Source: Bacilli bacterium
GTDB taxonomy: Bacteria > Bacillota_I > Bacilli_A > RF39 > UBA660
Direction of reading: 5' to 3'
Assembly: GCA_017511375.1 (NCBI GenBank)
Contig: JAFWKJ010000018.1
Coordinates: forward strand, 1,312-65,311
Length of the DNA: 64,000 bases
Positions 29,457-38,825 of the stretch are shown here, one piece after another; position 1 is the first letter of the stretch; every line of letters starts with the position of its first letter. The translations under genes were made by a program, and so were the position numbers. Under the pieces are notes generated by a model that was not told the origin of the DNA, did not search any database, and saw only the letters and a list, made by a program, of their open reading frames with translations.

Positions 29457-31877
29457 ATGTATCCACTAGGTAAGCAGTTTCAAGTTGACTATTCAAAAGC
29501 TAAAGCTGATAAGAAAACTGTTGTTCAAGGTTCACGTTTTCGTATTACTGTTATGAGTGAACGTATTGTGAGACTAGAGTTTTCACCGGATGGACAATTT
29601 TTAGATAAACCAACTCAACTGGTAAGACGAAGAAATATCGGAATACCAGATTTTTCTGTTCGACAAGATGCCAATGTTGTGGAAATTACAACTAAATATT
29701 TTGCATTGAGTTATATTAAGGAGCAACCTTTTGTTGGAACAAAGGTAGATCCTATGAAAACACTAAAGATTACTTTGCTTTCTCGTGAAAGAGATCGTCA
29801 AAAAGACTGGTATATTGGACATCCAGAAGCTAGAAACTTACTTGGAAATATGGCAGGAGTCGATGTAAATATTCCAAGAAATTTGCAAAAGGGATTGTAT
29901 TCCATTGATGGTTTTTCTTCTATTGATGATAGTTATAGTAGAGTGATTGAAGAAGATGGTACGCTAGGAGATCCAATGCCTAACCATTTTGATATGTATG
30001 TCTTCATGTATGATAAAGATTTTAGACAAACGTTGTTTGATTATTTTAAGATGACAGGTGCTCCTGCCTTGATTCCTAGATATGCTTTGGGAAATTGGTG
30101 GAGTCGTAATACGGTTTATACGGATGAGACTGTTCATGATTTGATTCGTCATTTTGAAAGAGAAAATATTCCTATTTCTGTAATGCTATTTGATCATGAT
30201 TGGCATATTCGTAATTCAGAATTTGGAGAGAGATTAAAAGTAGGGTATACCTTTAATACAGACTACTTTAAAGATCCTAAATCTATGATTGGTGAATTCC
30301 ATAGACGTGGAATTCGTGTGGGATTGATTGTGAATCCAACAGGAGGTTTTTATCCTCATGAAATGTATTATCAACAAGCTAGTCAGTATTTAGGTGTTAG
30401 TGATGGAAGTGTCATTAAATTTGATCCTCTAAATCCAAAACATATTGATGTTTTATTTAAGATGTTTTTGCATCCTTTAGAGGCACAAGGGGTAGATTTC
30501 TTCTGGAATGACTCTACAGGTAATATGGATGTTACCCAATTGTGGGCACTTAACCATTATTTATATCTAGATTCTGGAAGAAATAGTAATGAAAGAGCTA
30601 TGATTTTAGCACGTGGTGGCGTTTTTGCACCTCACCGTTATCCTGTATTATATGGAGGCTCTTCTGAAATTAGTTGGAAAGCATTGAAACAAATCCCTTT
30701 TATGTATTTAAATGCAGCCAATATTGGAGTTTCTTGGTGGAGCCATGATGTAGGTGGTAACCATGGTGGTATTGAAGATGGGGAATTATATCTTCGTTAT
30801 GTTCAATTAAGTACTTTTGGACCTATTGTAAGATTCCATGGAGCTCGTGGAAGATATTATAAAAAGGAGCCTTGGGTATGGGATGCTAAAACCTTTAGTA
30901 TTGCTGCCAATTATTTGAGATTAAGACATAAATTAATTCCTTATATTTATACAGAGGCTTATAACTATACAAAATCTGGTGTACCTTTAATTCAACCTTT
31001 CTATTACAACTATATGTGGGTATATGATGATGATTTATATCGTAATCAATATTATTTTGGATCTCAATTATTAGTTTGTCCGATTCTAGAGCCGAAGGAT
31101 CCTATTATGAATCGTTCTATTCATAGATTCTTTGTTCCAGATGGTGTTTGGTATGATTGGGTTACGGGTAAAAAATTTCCAGGAAATAAGAAATATGTTT
31201 CTTTCTTTAAAGAAGATGATTATCCAGTATTTGCCCATGCAGGTAGTATTATTCCTATTTCTAATCGTAGTGATTACAATAATATTGGATTACCTACTGA
31301 TTTAGAAATTCAAATATTCCCTGGAGTTAGTAATACCTATACGTTATATGAAGATGATGGAGTAACTTCTCTTTATCGTGAGGGATATTTCCTAAAGACT
31401 TCTATTGACTATAACTACATGAGAGATAATTATACCGTTATTATTCGTTCTGTAGATGGTAAAAGTGGTATTGCTCCTGAAAGACGTAATTATAAAATGG
31501 TATTTAGAAATACAAAACATGCAGATACCGTGGTTGTCTTCTTTAATAATGAAAAATTAGAGAGTACGAATTATGTAGATGGAAATGACTTTGTTGTGGA
31601 AATCAAAGGAGTACCTACGATTGGTCAATTAACGATTAACTGTAAGGGACAAGATATTGAAATTGATACCATTCGTTTGGTTAATGATGAATTAGATAGT
31701 GTCTTAATGGATTTAAAAATTAATACTTATCTAAAAGAAGATATTGCGAAAATTATCTTTAGTGATGATTCCATTGATAAGAAAAGAATTGGTATTCGTA
31801 AACTTTATAAAGATGGATTATCTAAGGAACAGATGAATGTTTTCCTTAAACTACTTGATTATATGAGGGATATTTAA
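29457..31877 (+). CDS. Glycoside hydrolase family 31, cytoplasmic
   Basis: P.YALG.WWSR, D.DWH, FFWND nucleophile, WSHDVGG acid/base, QYYFG and LYEDDG motifs; no signal peptide. Confidence 0.92.
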   Translation: MYPLGKQFQVDYSKAKADKKTVVQGSRFRITVMSERIVRLEFSPDGQFLDKPTQLVRRRNIGIPDFSVRQDANVVEITTKYFALSYIKEQPFVGTKVDPMKTLKITLLSRERDRQKDWYIGHPEARNLLGNMAGVDVNIPRNLQKGLYSIDGFSSIDDSYSRVIEEDGTLGDPMPNHFDMYVFMYDKDFRQTLFDYFKMTGAPALIPRYALGNWWSRNTVYTDETVHDLIRHFERENIPISVMLFDHDWHIRNSEFGERLKVGYTFNTDYFKDPKSMIGEFHRRGIRVGLIVNPTGGFYPHEMYYQQASQYLGVSDGSVIKFDPLNPKHIDVLFKMFLHPLEAQGVDFFWNDSTGNMDVTQLWALNHYLYLDSGRNSNERAMILARGGVFAPHRYPVLYGGSSEISWKALKQIPFMYLNAANIGVSWWSHDVGGNHGGIEDGELYLRYVQLSTFGPIVRFHGARGRYYKKEPWVWDAKTFSIAANYLRLRHKLIPYIYTEAYNYTKSGVPLIQPFYYNYMWVYDDDLYRNQYYFGSQLLVCPILEPKDPIMNRSIHRFFVPDGVWYDWVTGKKFPGNKKYVSFFKEDDYPVFAHAGSIIPISNRSDYNNIGLPTDLEIQIFPGVSNTYTLYEDDGVTSLYREGYFLKTSIDYNYMRDNYTVIIRSVDGKSGIAPERRNYKMVFRNTKHADTVVVFFNNEKLESTNYVDGNDFVVEIKGVPTIGQLTINCKGQDIEIDTIRLVNDELDSVLMDLKINTYLKEDIAKIIFSDDSIDKKRIGIRKLYKDGLSKEQMNVFLKLLDYMRDI

Positions 31878-31939
31878 AAACTAGATTTTTCTAGTTTTTT
31901 CTTTTCTTATTTCTATTTTGTGTTATAATAATCTTAAGT

Positions 31940-32136
31940 TTTTGCAATGAGCAGGAAGTAGTAGTAAAAAAGGTCTTTTAGAGAGTCTATGGTTGGTGAA
32001 AATAGATAGATTGATTTTATGAACTTGTCTTGGGAGCAAATGGGTGATTCCGTTATCGATTTAGAGTGTATAGTCATAACTATAAAGTAAGGTGGTACCG
32101 CGATGATTCGTCCTTATATTTATAGTTATTTTTTTT
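31940..32136 (+). promoter_or_regulatory. T-box riboswitch (Leu)
   Basis: AGAGA and GGTGAAA stem I motifs, specifier CTT at 32024-32026, T-box AAGGTGGTACCGCG...CGTCCTT; upstream of leuS. Confidence 0.92.
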
Positions 32137-32145
32137 GGAGGATGT

Positions 32146-32526
32146 ATGGAAGAGTTTATTTTATTTATTCTTACTTTTCTTTTAATCTTTCTTGTGTATC
32201 AACTGATATTTATTAGACCGCTGAAGAAACCGGCTTCTAAGAGAAAAGGGAAAGAGAAAAAAGAATTATTAGAAATTCGTTATTTGAAGAATCGATATCC
32301 TTTAGATTTTGATAAGATATCTTATCCTCAACTGTTACAGATTTGTGCAATTACATCGAGTTTGGATATGTCGATTGCGGTAACGATTGTTACTAAGATT
32401 TCTTCCTTTATTTGGGAAATCGTTGTGGGGTTTGTAGTTGTTTGTATTATGATTGTAGTAAGTTATCATATCGTTTATTTATTTTATAAGAAGAAGGGAA
32501 TGATCAAACATGGAAAACATAAATAA
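32146..32526 (+). CDS. Hypothetical three-TM membrane protein
   Basis: GGAGG RBS, 126 aa, three hydrophobic segments; overlaps the leuS start. Confidence 0.75.
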   Translation: MEEFILFILTFLLIFLVYQLIFIRPLKKPASKRKGKEKKELLEIRYLKNRYPLDFDKISYPQLLQICAITSSLDMSIAVTIVTKISSFIWEIVVGFVVVCIMIVVSYHIVYLFYKKKGMIKHGKHK

Positions 32527-34921
32527 AATAGAAAAAAAATGGCAAGATTATTGGGATAAAAATGAAACTTTTAAATGTGAGAATGGAGCCAAAAAAGATC
32601 CTTATTATATTTTGGTAGAGTTTCCTTATCCAAGTGGTTCTGGTCTTCACGTAGGGCATGTACGTAGTTATACTGCACAAGATGCGATTGCGAGAATGAT
32701 GAGGATGCAAGGATATAATGTTTTGTATCCTATGGGATGGGATGCTTTTGGGGCGCCTGCAGAACAATATGCTATTAAGAATCATATTCACCCAAAAGAA
32801 GCTGTAAAAGAGAATATAAAGACTTTTAAAGCACAAATGAAGTCTATTGGATTTTCTTTTGATTGGAGTAGAGAGTTCTCTACTACGGATCCAGATTATT
32901 ATAAATGGACACAATGGCAATTCCTTCAGTTTTATAAACATGGAATGGCTTATAAAGATACGATTCCTGTTAACTGGTGTCCTACTTGTAAGAGTGTTTT
33001 ATCTAATGAAGATGCTGCTGGTGGTGTTTGTGAAAGATGTGGTAGCCAGGTTGAGCAAAAAGAGAAGAGTCAATGGATGCTTCGTATGAGTGATTATTCT
33101 GAAGACTTACTTAAAGGTCTTGATGATACAAATTTTGCGGATAGAGTTAAGCTTGGTCAAATCAACTGGATTGGTAAAAGTGAAGGAGTAGAAGTGGATA
33201 TTGATATCGTTGGAGGAGGTAAGTTTAGTATCTTTACTACTTGTCCTGAAACGATTTATGGTATTACGTTCTTTGTTATTGCGCCAGATGGAAAACTTAT
33301 CAAGGAATTAATGGATCGCGTTGAAAACAAGGACGAAGTTAATGCTTATATTAAAGAAACCGCTATGAAATCTGCGATGGATCGTACGGAACTTAATAAA
33401 GGAAAAACGGGTGTTGAAATCAAAGGAATTAAAGCTATTAACCCTGTAAACGGAAAAGAAGTTCCTATCTTTTTAGGAGACTTTGTTCTAGGAGATTATG
33501 GTACAGGAGCTGTTATGGCAGTTCCTAGTCATGATCAAAGAGACTTTGAATATGCGAAAGAACATAATCTTGAGATTATTCAGGTTATTGATTGTGGGGA
33601 TATTTCAGAACATGCGATTGAAAAGACGGAGTATATGGGTCATGATTATAAAATGATCAACTCAGGAGAATTTGATGGTATGACTGTTGATAAGGCTCGT
33701 GTCGAAATTGCCAATATGATTGAAAAGAAGAAATTAGGTCGTAGAGTTAATAATTATAAAATGAGAGATTGGATTTTCTCTCGTCAAAGATTCTGGGGAG
33801 AACCAATTCCTATGATTAACTGTCCAAAATGTGGATGGGTTCCTATGAAGGAAGAGGAATTACCTTTATTGCTTCCAGATGTGGCTGAATATGAGCCTAC
33901 AGAAGATGGAGAGAGTCCTCTTGCTAATATTACAGATTGGGTTAATTGTAAGTGTCCTAAGTGTGGAGGAGACGCTAAGAGAGAGACAGATACTATGCCT
34001 AACTGGGCTGGATCTTCTTGGTATTTCTTACGTTTTATGGATCCTCATAACGATCACGAATTTGCGTCTATGGATGCGATGAAATATTGGAATCGTGTGG
34101 ATTGGTATAATGGTGGTATGGAACATACTGCAAGACATTTATTATATGCTAGATTTTGGGTACAATTCTTATATAATATTGGATTAGTGCCTCATAAAGA
34201 GATGATTTGGACAAGAGTATCTCATGGAATGGTATTGGGTTCTGATAATCAAAAAATGAGTAAATCCAAAGGAAATGTTATTAATCCTGATGATATTATT
34301 AAAGAGTATGGAGCTGATACGCTACGTGTTTATGAGATGTTTATGGGTGACTATCAGATGGATGCTCCATGGAGTACAGATTCCTTAAGAGGATGTAAGA
34401 GATTCCTTGATAAAATTGAACGTATGAAGGATAAGATTAATGATCAATCTGGATATAGTGAAAAACTAATTGTTTTACAGAATAAAACGATTAAAAAGAT
34501 TGAATATGATATGCTTCATATGGGATATAATACGGTTATTTCATCTTTAATGATTTTAGCCAATGCTTATGATGATATGGATTCTATTACAAAAGATGAC
34601 TATAGTTTACTTCTTACGTTATTGAATCCAATTGCTCCTCATATGACAGAAGAGTTGAATGAACAAATTGGTAATTCTCCAATTTGTGAGGGACAGTGGC
34701 CTCAGTATGATGATGAAAAAACTTATGAGATGACAAAAGAAATTGCTGTTCAAGTCAATGGTAAAGTTCGTGCTACGATTCAAATCTCTATTGATGACGA
34801 TGAAGAGACCATTAAAGAGCAAGCTATGAGTTGTGAAAATGTTATGAAACATATCGAAGGACATGAAATTGTAAAAGTAATTGTTATTAAGGGTAAAATT
34901 GTTAATATTGTTATAAAATAG
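32510..34921 (+). CDS. leuS: Leucine--tRNA ligase
   Basis: FPYPSG.GLHVGH, GWDAFG, editing-domain GTGAVM.VP.HD and KMSKS motifs. Confidence 0.98.
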   Translation: MENINKIEKKWQDYWDKNETFKCENGAKKDPYYILVEFPYPSGSGLHVGHVRSYTAQDAIARMMRMQGYNVLYPMGWDAFGAPAEQYAIKNHIHPKEAVKENIKTFKAQMKSIGFSFDWSREFSTTDPDYYKWTQWQFLQFYKHGMAYKDTIPVNWCPTCKSVLSNEDAAGGVCERCGSQVEQKEKSQWMLRMSDYSEDLLKGLDDTNFADRVKLGQINWIGKSEGVEVDIDIVGGGKFSIFTTCPETIYGITFFVIAPDGKLIKELMDRVENKDEVNAYIKETAMKSAMDRTELNKGKTGVEIKGIKAINPVNGKEVPIFLGDFVLGDYGTGAVMAVPSHDQRDFEYAKEHNLEIIQVIDCGDISEHAIEKTEYMGHDYKMINSGEFDGMTVDKARVEIANMIEKKKLGRRVNNYKMRDWIFSRQRFWGEPIPMINCPKCGWVPMKEEELPLLLPDVAEYEPTEDGESPLANITDWVNCKCPKCGGDAKRETDTMPNWAGSSWYFLRFMDPHNDHEFASMDAMKYWNRVDWYNGGMEHTARHLLYARFWVQFLYNIGLVPHKEMIWTRVSHGMVLGSDNQKMSKSKGNVINPDDIIKEYGADTLRVYEMFMGDYQMDAPWSTDSLRGCKRFLDKIERMKDKINDQSGYSEKLIVLQNKTIKKIEYDMLHMGYNTVISSLMILANAYDDMDSITKDDYSLLLTLLNPIAPHMTEELNEQIGNSPICEGQWPQYDDEKTYEMTKEIAVQVNGKVRATIQISIDDDEETIKEQAMSCENVMKHIEGHEIVKVIVIKGKIVNIVIK

Positions 34922-35010
34922 GAGGGCTTTTTGCCTTTCTATTTTTGCGCTAAAATTGACTTTTATCTTATTGTATGGTAGAATACGCTACTAATTGGAG
35001 TGGGTTGTTT

Positions 35011-36171
35011 ATGTTTGAAAAAGGCGAAGACGTAATTATAACGGGACAAAGATTTCCCTATTATTTATTTTTGTATTTATTGACGCGTTTTAAAGAAGCT
35101 TTTGGGCATTCTAGTTTATCAATTGAAGAGGCTTTTCATGATTTGGAAAACTTTGATTTGATTATTGCCTCTACGATGGATAATGATGCGATTGAACAAT
35201 ATAATCGTTTGTCTCATAAAGAAAAAAGTGAGATTACAGAGACCTTACGACAAATTATTGTTTATAAAGGAGCTTATTATGGAGTCTTTCCTGATGAATT
35301 GACGGGTGATAATAAACAGTTTGAGGAATTATATAATAAACACTTTTTCTATTTTGAACCGTACATTCATTATTATATTGCTTTTGACGAGAATGGTTGT
35401 TTTGATAAAAGAGCAACCTTTCATAAAATTGATACGTTGTTTATTAACTTGCCTCAGAGACAAACAGCTTATATTAAAGCTTATTATATGAATCGAGATC
35501 ATTTAGATGCTTGTGATTATGCGATTGATCAAAAGGAACTTTCTATTGCGGATACTATCAAGATTAATAATATTGTTAATGAAAGTGATGATGATAAGGT
35601 TCTTGGTTATAAAACGGCTAATAATGTAGTTGTGGGAGCAAAATTTGAACCTACGGACAGAAAAGATGTTCCTTTAGAGATGCAGAAATTATTTTATGAA
35701 TATAAACAAGATTTTGGAATGACTATTTTTGATCCGAATGAACCAGGTATTTCAGCGAGAGAGAAATATAATAGAACTTGTGATATTTTCCGTAAAGAAG
35801 CAAATTTTCATATTCGTTTTATTCGTATCCATCCTTTTAATGATGGAAATGGTAGAACGGGAAGAATTCTATTGAATCATCATTTGTTGAGTCAAGGAAT
35901 TGCTCCTGTATTACTTTCCAATGCTATGTGTGATGAATATCATAGATGTATCAATGAAAATGATGTGGAAGCCCTTGCCAAATTGTTCTTTTATAGTTCT
36001 TCATTGCAGCTAGAAAACTGGGTATCTTTCTTAAAATCACATCCTAAATTTCATAAGAAAGATATTGGTGGAAATAATGATGAGATGGCTGAACTTGATG
36101 AATTTGAAGAAGCAAGAGAAACGGCTGAAAAGAAACATAGGAAAATTCGTCTAAATCATATCTTTTTTTAG
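35011..36171 (+). CDS. Fic-domain protein
   Basis: Canonical HPFNDGNGRTGR motif; track start 34975, RBS favours 35011. Confidence 0.9.
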   Translation: MFEKGEDVIITGQRFPYYLFLYLLTRFKEAFGHSSLSIEEAFHDLENFDLIIASTMDNDAIEQYNRLSHKEKSEITETLRQIIVYKGAYYGVFPDELTGDNKQFEELYNKHFFYFEPYIHYYIAFDENGCFDKRATFHKIDTLFINLPQRQTAYIKAYYMNRDHLDACDYAIDQKELSIADTIKINNIVNESDDDKVLGYKTANNVVVGAKFEPTDRKDVPLEMQKLFYEYKQDFGMTIFDPNEPGISAREKYNRTCDIFRKEANFHIRFIRIHPFNDGNGRTGRILLNHHLLSQGIAPVLLSNAMCDEYHRCINENDVEALAKLFFYSSSLQLENWVSFLKSHPKFHKKDIGGNNDEMAELDEFEEARETAEKKHRKIRLNHIFF

Positions 36172-36227
36172 AAGAATTTTCTTCTTTTTTTTTGCTTTTT
36201 TCTTGTTATAGTTAGAGAGGTGATACG

Positions 36228-36422
36228 ATGAAAGTAAAAATATTTGATGAAGAAGATGAGTTTGATTTAGAAAATGATATTAATGAGTTTTTAGATAATG
36301 AGAAGATTGAACTAATGGAGATACAATATCAAGTTGGTTTATCTGTTTTTGGAGAGGAACAAATCTTTTGTTTTTCTGCGATGATTCTTTACCAATTACA
36401 TGAGGGGCCTATAAAAAAATAG
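36228..36422 (+). CDS. cse60: Sporulation protein Cse60
   Basis: KVKIFDEE.E.DLE..IN.FL...I.YQV...EQI.CFSAMILY signature. Confidence 0.85.
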   Translation: MKVKIFDEEDEFDLENDINEFLDNEKIELMEIQYQVGLSVFGEEQIFCFSAMILYQLHEGPIKK

Positions 36423-36460
36423 TTTTTTATGTTATATTAGTATTAGAGTGGAGGTGTGCA

Positions 36461-38113
36461 ATGAAGAAGGATATTACGATGAAGAAAAATACTTTTGTTA
36501 AGGGCGCACTGATTACTACGATTGGAATTGTTTTAACAAAGATTTTAGGGATTATCTATGTAATTCCTTTTCATGCCATTATAGGGGATGAAGGAGGGGC
36601 TTTATATGGTTATGCTTATACCATATATTTGTTTTTTGTGTCCTTTTCTTCGGCAGGGATACCTCTTGCTATTAGTAAACTGGTATCTGAGTATCATACT
36701 TTAGGATATTTAAAAGCGAAACAACGAGCTTTTAGAATAGGAAAACGACTTTCTATTATTATGGGACTTGGATGTTTTCTACTTATTTATATTTCTGCAC
36801 CTCTTCTTGCGAAGGGAATTCTTGGAAATGTTTCTGGAGGAAATAGTATTTCAGATATTACGTATGTTATACGTGTCATTTCTTCTGCTATTATCATTGG
36901 ACCTATTTTAAGTGTTTATAGAGGATTTTTTGAAGGGCATAAGTTTATGAGTCCTCCTTCAATTTCCCAAGTTATTGAACAATTATTTAGAGTATGTATT
37001 ATTATTTTTGGTAGTTATTTAACCTTAAAAACTTTCCATTTGTCGATTTCAAGTGGCGTAGGCGTTGCCTTGTTTGGGGCAACCATAGGAGCTCTTGTTT
37101 CCTACTTTTATTTATATTTTAAATATTTAAATAATCGAAGAAAGTTTCAAGAAAGAGTCAGAGATGTGAATGAGCCACGCATTACGAATAAAACAATCTT
37201 TCGTAAACTAATTATTTATGCAATTCCTTTTATTATGATTGATTTCTTTAAATCTATTTATAATTATGTGGATATGTTTAGTGTTGTGAAAGGGCTTGTT
37301 AAATATGCAAGTTATAGTGCGAAAGATGCGGAGACCGTCTATAGTATTTTATCTACTTGGGCCCAGAAATTTAATATGATTATTTCGGCTGTTTCTACGG
37401 GTATTATTGTTAGTTTAATCCCTAATTTAACAGAGAGTATTGTGAAGAAGGATTCTTTTGAAATTCATAAGAGAATATCCCAATCTATCAGTATGCTTTT
37501 GTATTTTATTGTTCCTATTACTTTTGGAATCTGTTTCTTATCAAAACCTATTTGGATCTTGTTTTATGGAAAAAGTATTTATGGTCCTAGTGTCCTTTCT
37601 TACTATATTTTTGTTGGTTTGTTTGTTTCTTTGTTTACGACGGTCATTACAATATTACAGACCTTAAAAGATTATAAGAATGTATTTTATTGTTTATTAA
37701 TAGGTGTTCTTATTAAAATTATTATGAATTATAGTTTGTTAAGGACCTTCTATAGTTTTGGATTCCCTGCTTATTATGGATTTATTACAGCCACTATATT
37801 TGGATATGTTGCCTCTACTTTATTATGTTTTATGGTCTTATATTATAAATATAAGGTTCCGTTTGATAATATTTTAAAACAATCTGTAGATATTCTATGT
37901 GGATCTTTACTTATGATATTTGTCTTAATGGTATTTAAATTCTTTGTGCCAATTACTTCTACTACAAGAATGATGAATATGTTAATCATTTGTTTCTATG
38001 CGGTTATAGGAGCGGGTGTTTATTTCTGTTATGCTTATCAATCAAAACTTACAAAAAGTATTTTTGGGGGGCATTTTCTTAAAAGTATTTCTAGAGTGTT
38101 CTTTAGAAGATAG
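36461..38113 (+). CDS. murJ: MOP-family lipid II flippase (YtgP/MurJ type)
   Basis: KILG..Y.IPF, G.LYGYAY..Y, G.PLAISK and S...EQ..RV motifs; many TM segments. Confidence 0.85.
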   Translation: MKKDITMKKNTFVKGALITTIGIVLTKILGIIYVIPFHAIIGDEGGALYGYAYTIYLFFVSFSSAGIPLAISKLVSEYHTLGYLKAKQRAFRIGKRLSIIMGLGCFLLIYISAPLLAKGILGNVSGGNSISDITYVIRVISSAIIIGPILSVYRGFFEGHKFMSPPSISQVIEQLFRVCIIIFGSYLTLKTFHLSISSGVGVALFGATIGALVSYFYLYFKYLNNRRKFQERVRDVNEPRITNKTIFRKLIIYAIPFIMIDFFKSIYNYVDMFSVVKGLVKYASYSAKDAETVYSILSTWAQKFNMIISAVSTGIIVSLIPNLTESIVKKDSFEIHKRISQSISMLLYFIVPITFGICFLSKPIWILFYGKSIYGPSVLSYYIFVGLFVSLFTTVITILQTLKDYKNVFYCLLIGVLIKIIMNYSLLRTFYSFGFPAYYGFITATIFGYVASTLLCFMVLYYKYKVPFDNILKQSVDILCGSLLMIFVLMVFKFFVPITSTTRMMNMLIICFYAVIGAGVYFCYAYQSKLTKSIFGGHFLKSISRVFFRR

Positions 38114-38198
38114 TGTAAAAAACTGTCATATTATTGACAGTTTGTGTTGAAAACTATAAAAGAATGATATAATTTAGTTAAGAATGGAGGTTAAGATT

Positions 38199-38504
38199 AT
38201 GGCTGAAGGATTACATGTACAAGCTGGACAAATGACACAAGATGGTAATAATACTATTGATAGTGCTGATGAATTTTGCACTGAAATTCGTGGTTTGGAA
38301 GAAAGCGTTCATGAGTTATTAGGAATTTGGAGAGGTGCTTCTGCTCAAGCATTCCAAAGTTCTTTTGATGGAAAAACGGAACAATTAATGTCTTTCAAAA
38401 ACTTATTAGAACAAAGAGGAGAAAACATTGTTGAATCTGCAAAAATCTTAGATCAAAATGAACAAGATTTAACTGCTATGGGTTCTAATTTATTCAGAGG
38501 ATAG
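38199..38504 (+). CDS. WXG100 family type VII secretion substrate
   Basis: About 100 aa, helix-WRG-helix (W.G.SA.AF); GGAGG RBS supports ATG 38199. Confidence 0.88.
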   Translation: MAEGLHVQAGQMTQDGNNTIDSADEFCTEIRGLEESVHELLGIWRGASAQAFQSSFDGKTEQLMSFKNLLEQRGENIVESAKILDQNEQDLTAMGSNLFRG

Positions 38505-38516
38505 GAGGAGAAACGA

Positions 38517-38810
38517 ATGAATGAATTTGATTTAGAAAATTATGATCGTGCTGTAGGCCTAGCTGATGAAATTTTTATGCATGCTGAACGTATTCATAAC
38601 GTTTTTGAAAACATTGATGAATTAATGGGTATGCTTCATGGAACTCACTGGGGAAGTACAGGATCAGAAGATGTTAATGCGCAATATTTAGCAAATATTA
38701 AAACTCAATTTGAGCCATTTTATCAAGATGTAGTAGCTATGAAGAATCATGTTTATACTGTAACAGAACATGATATTGCTGCTGATACACAAGCTGCTGC
38801 TAATATTTAG
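38517..38810 (+). CDS. WXG100-like partner protein
   Basis: 97 aa, central WGS, helical halves; AGGAGG RBS; tandem with the WXG100 gene. Confidence 0.7.
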   Translation: MNEFDLENYDRAVGLADEIFMHAERIHNVFENIDELMGMLHGTHWGSTGSEDVNAQYLANIKTQFEPFYQDVVAMKNHVYTVTEHDIAADTQAAANI

Positions 38811-38825
38811 TATCATAAAAAGAGA

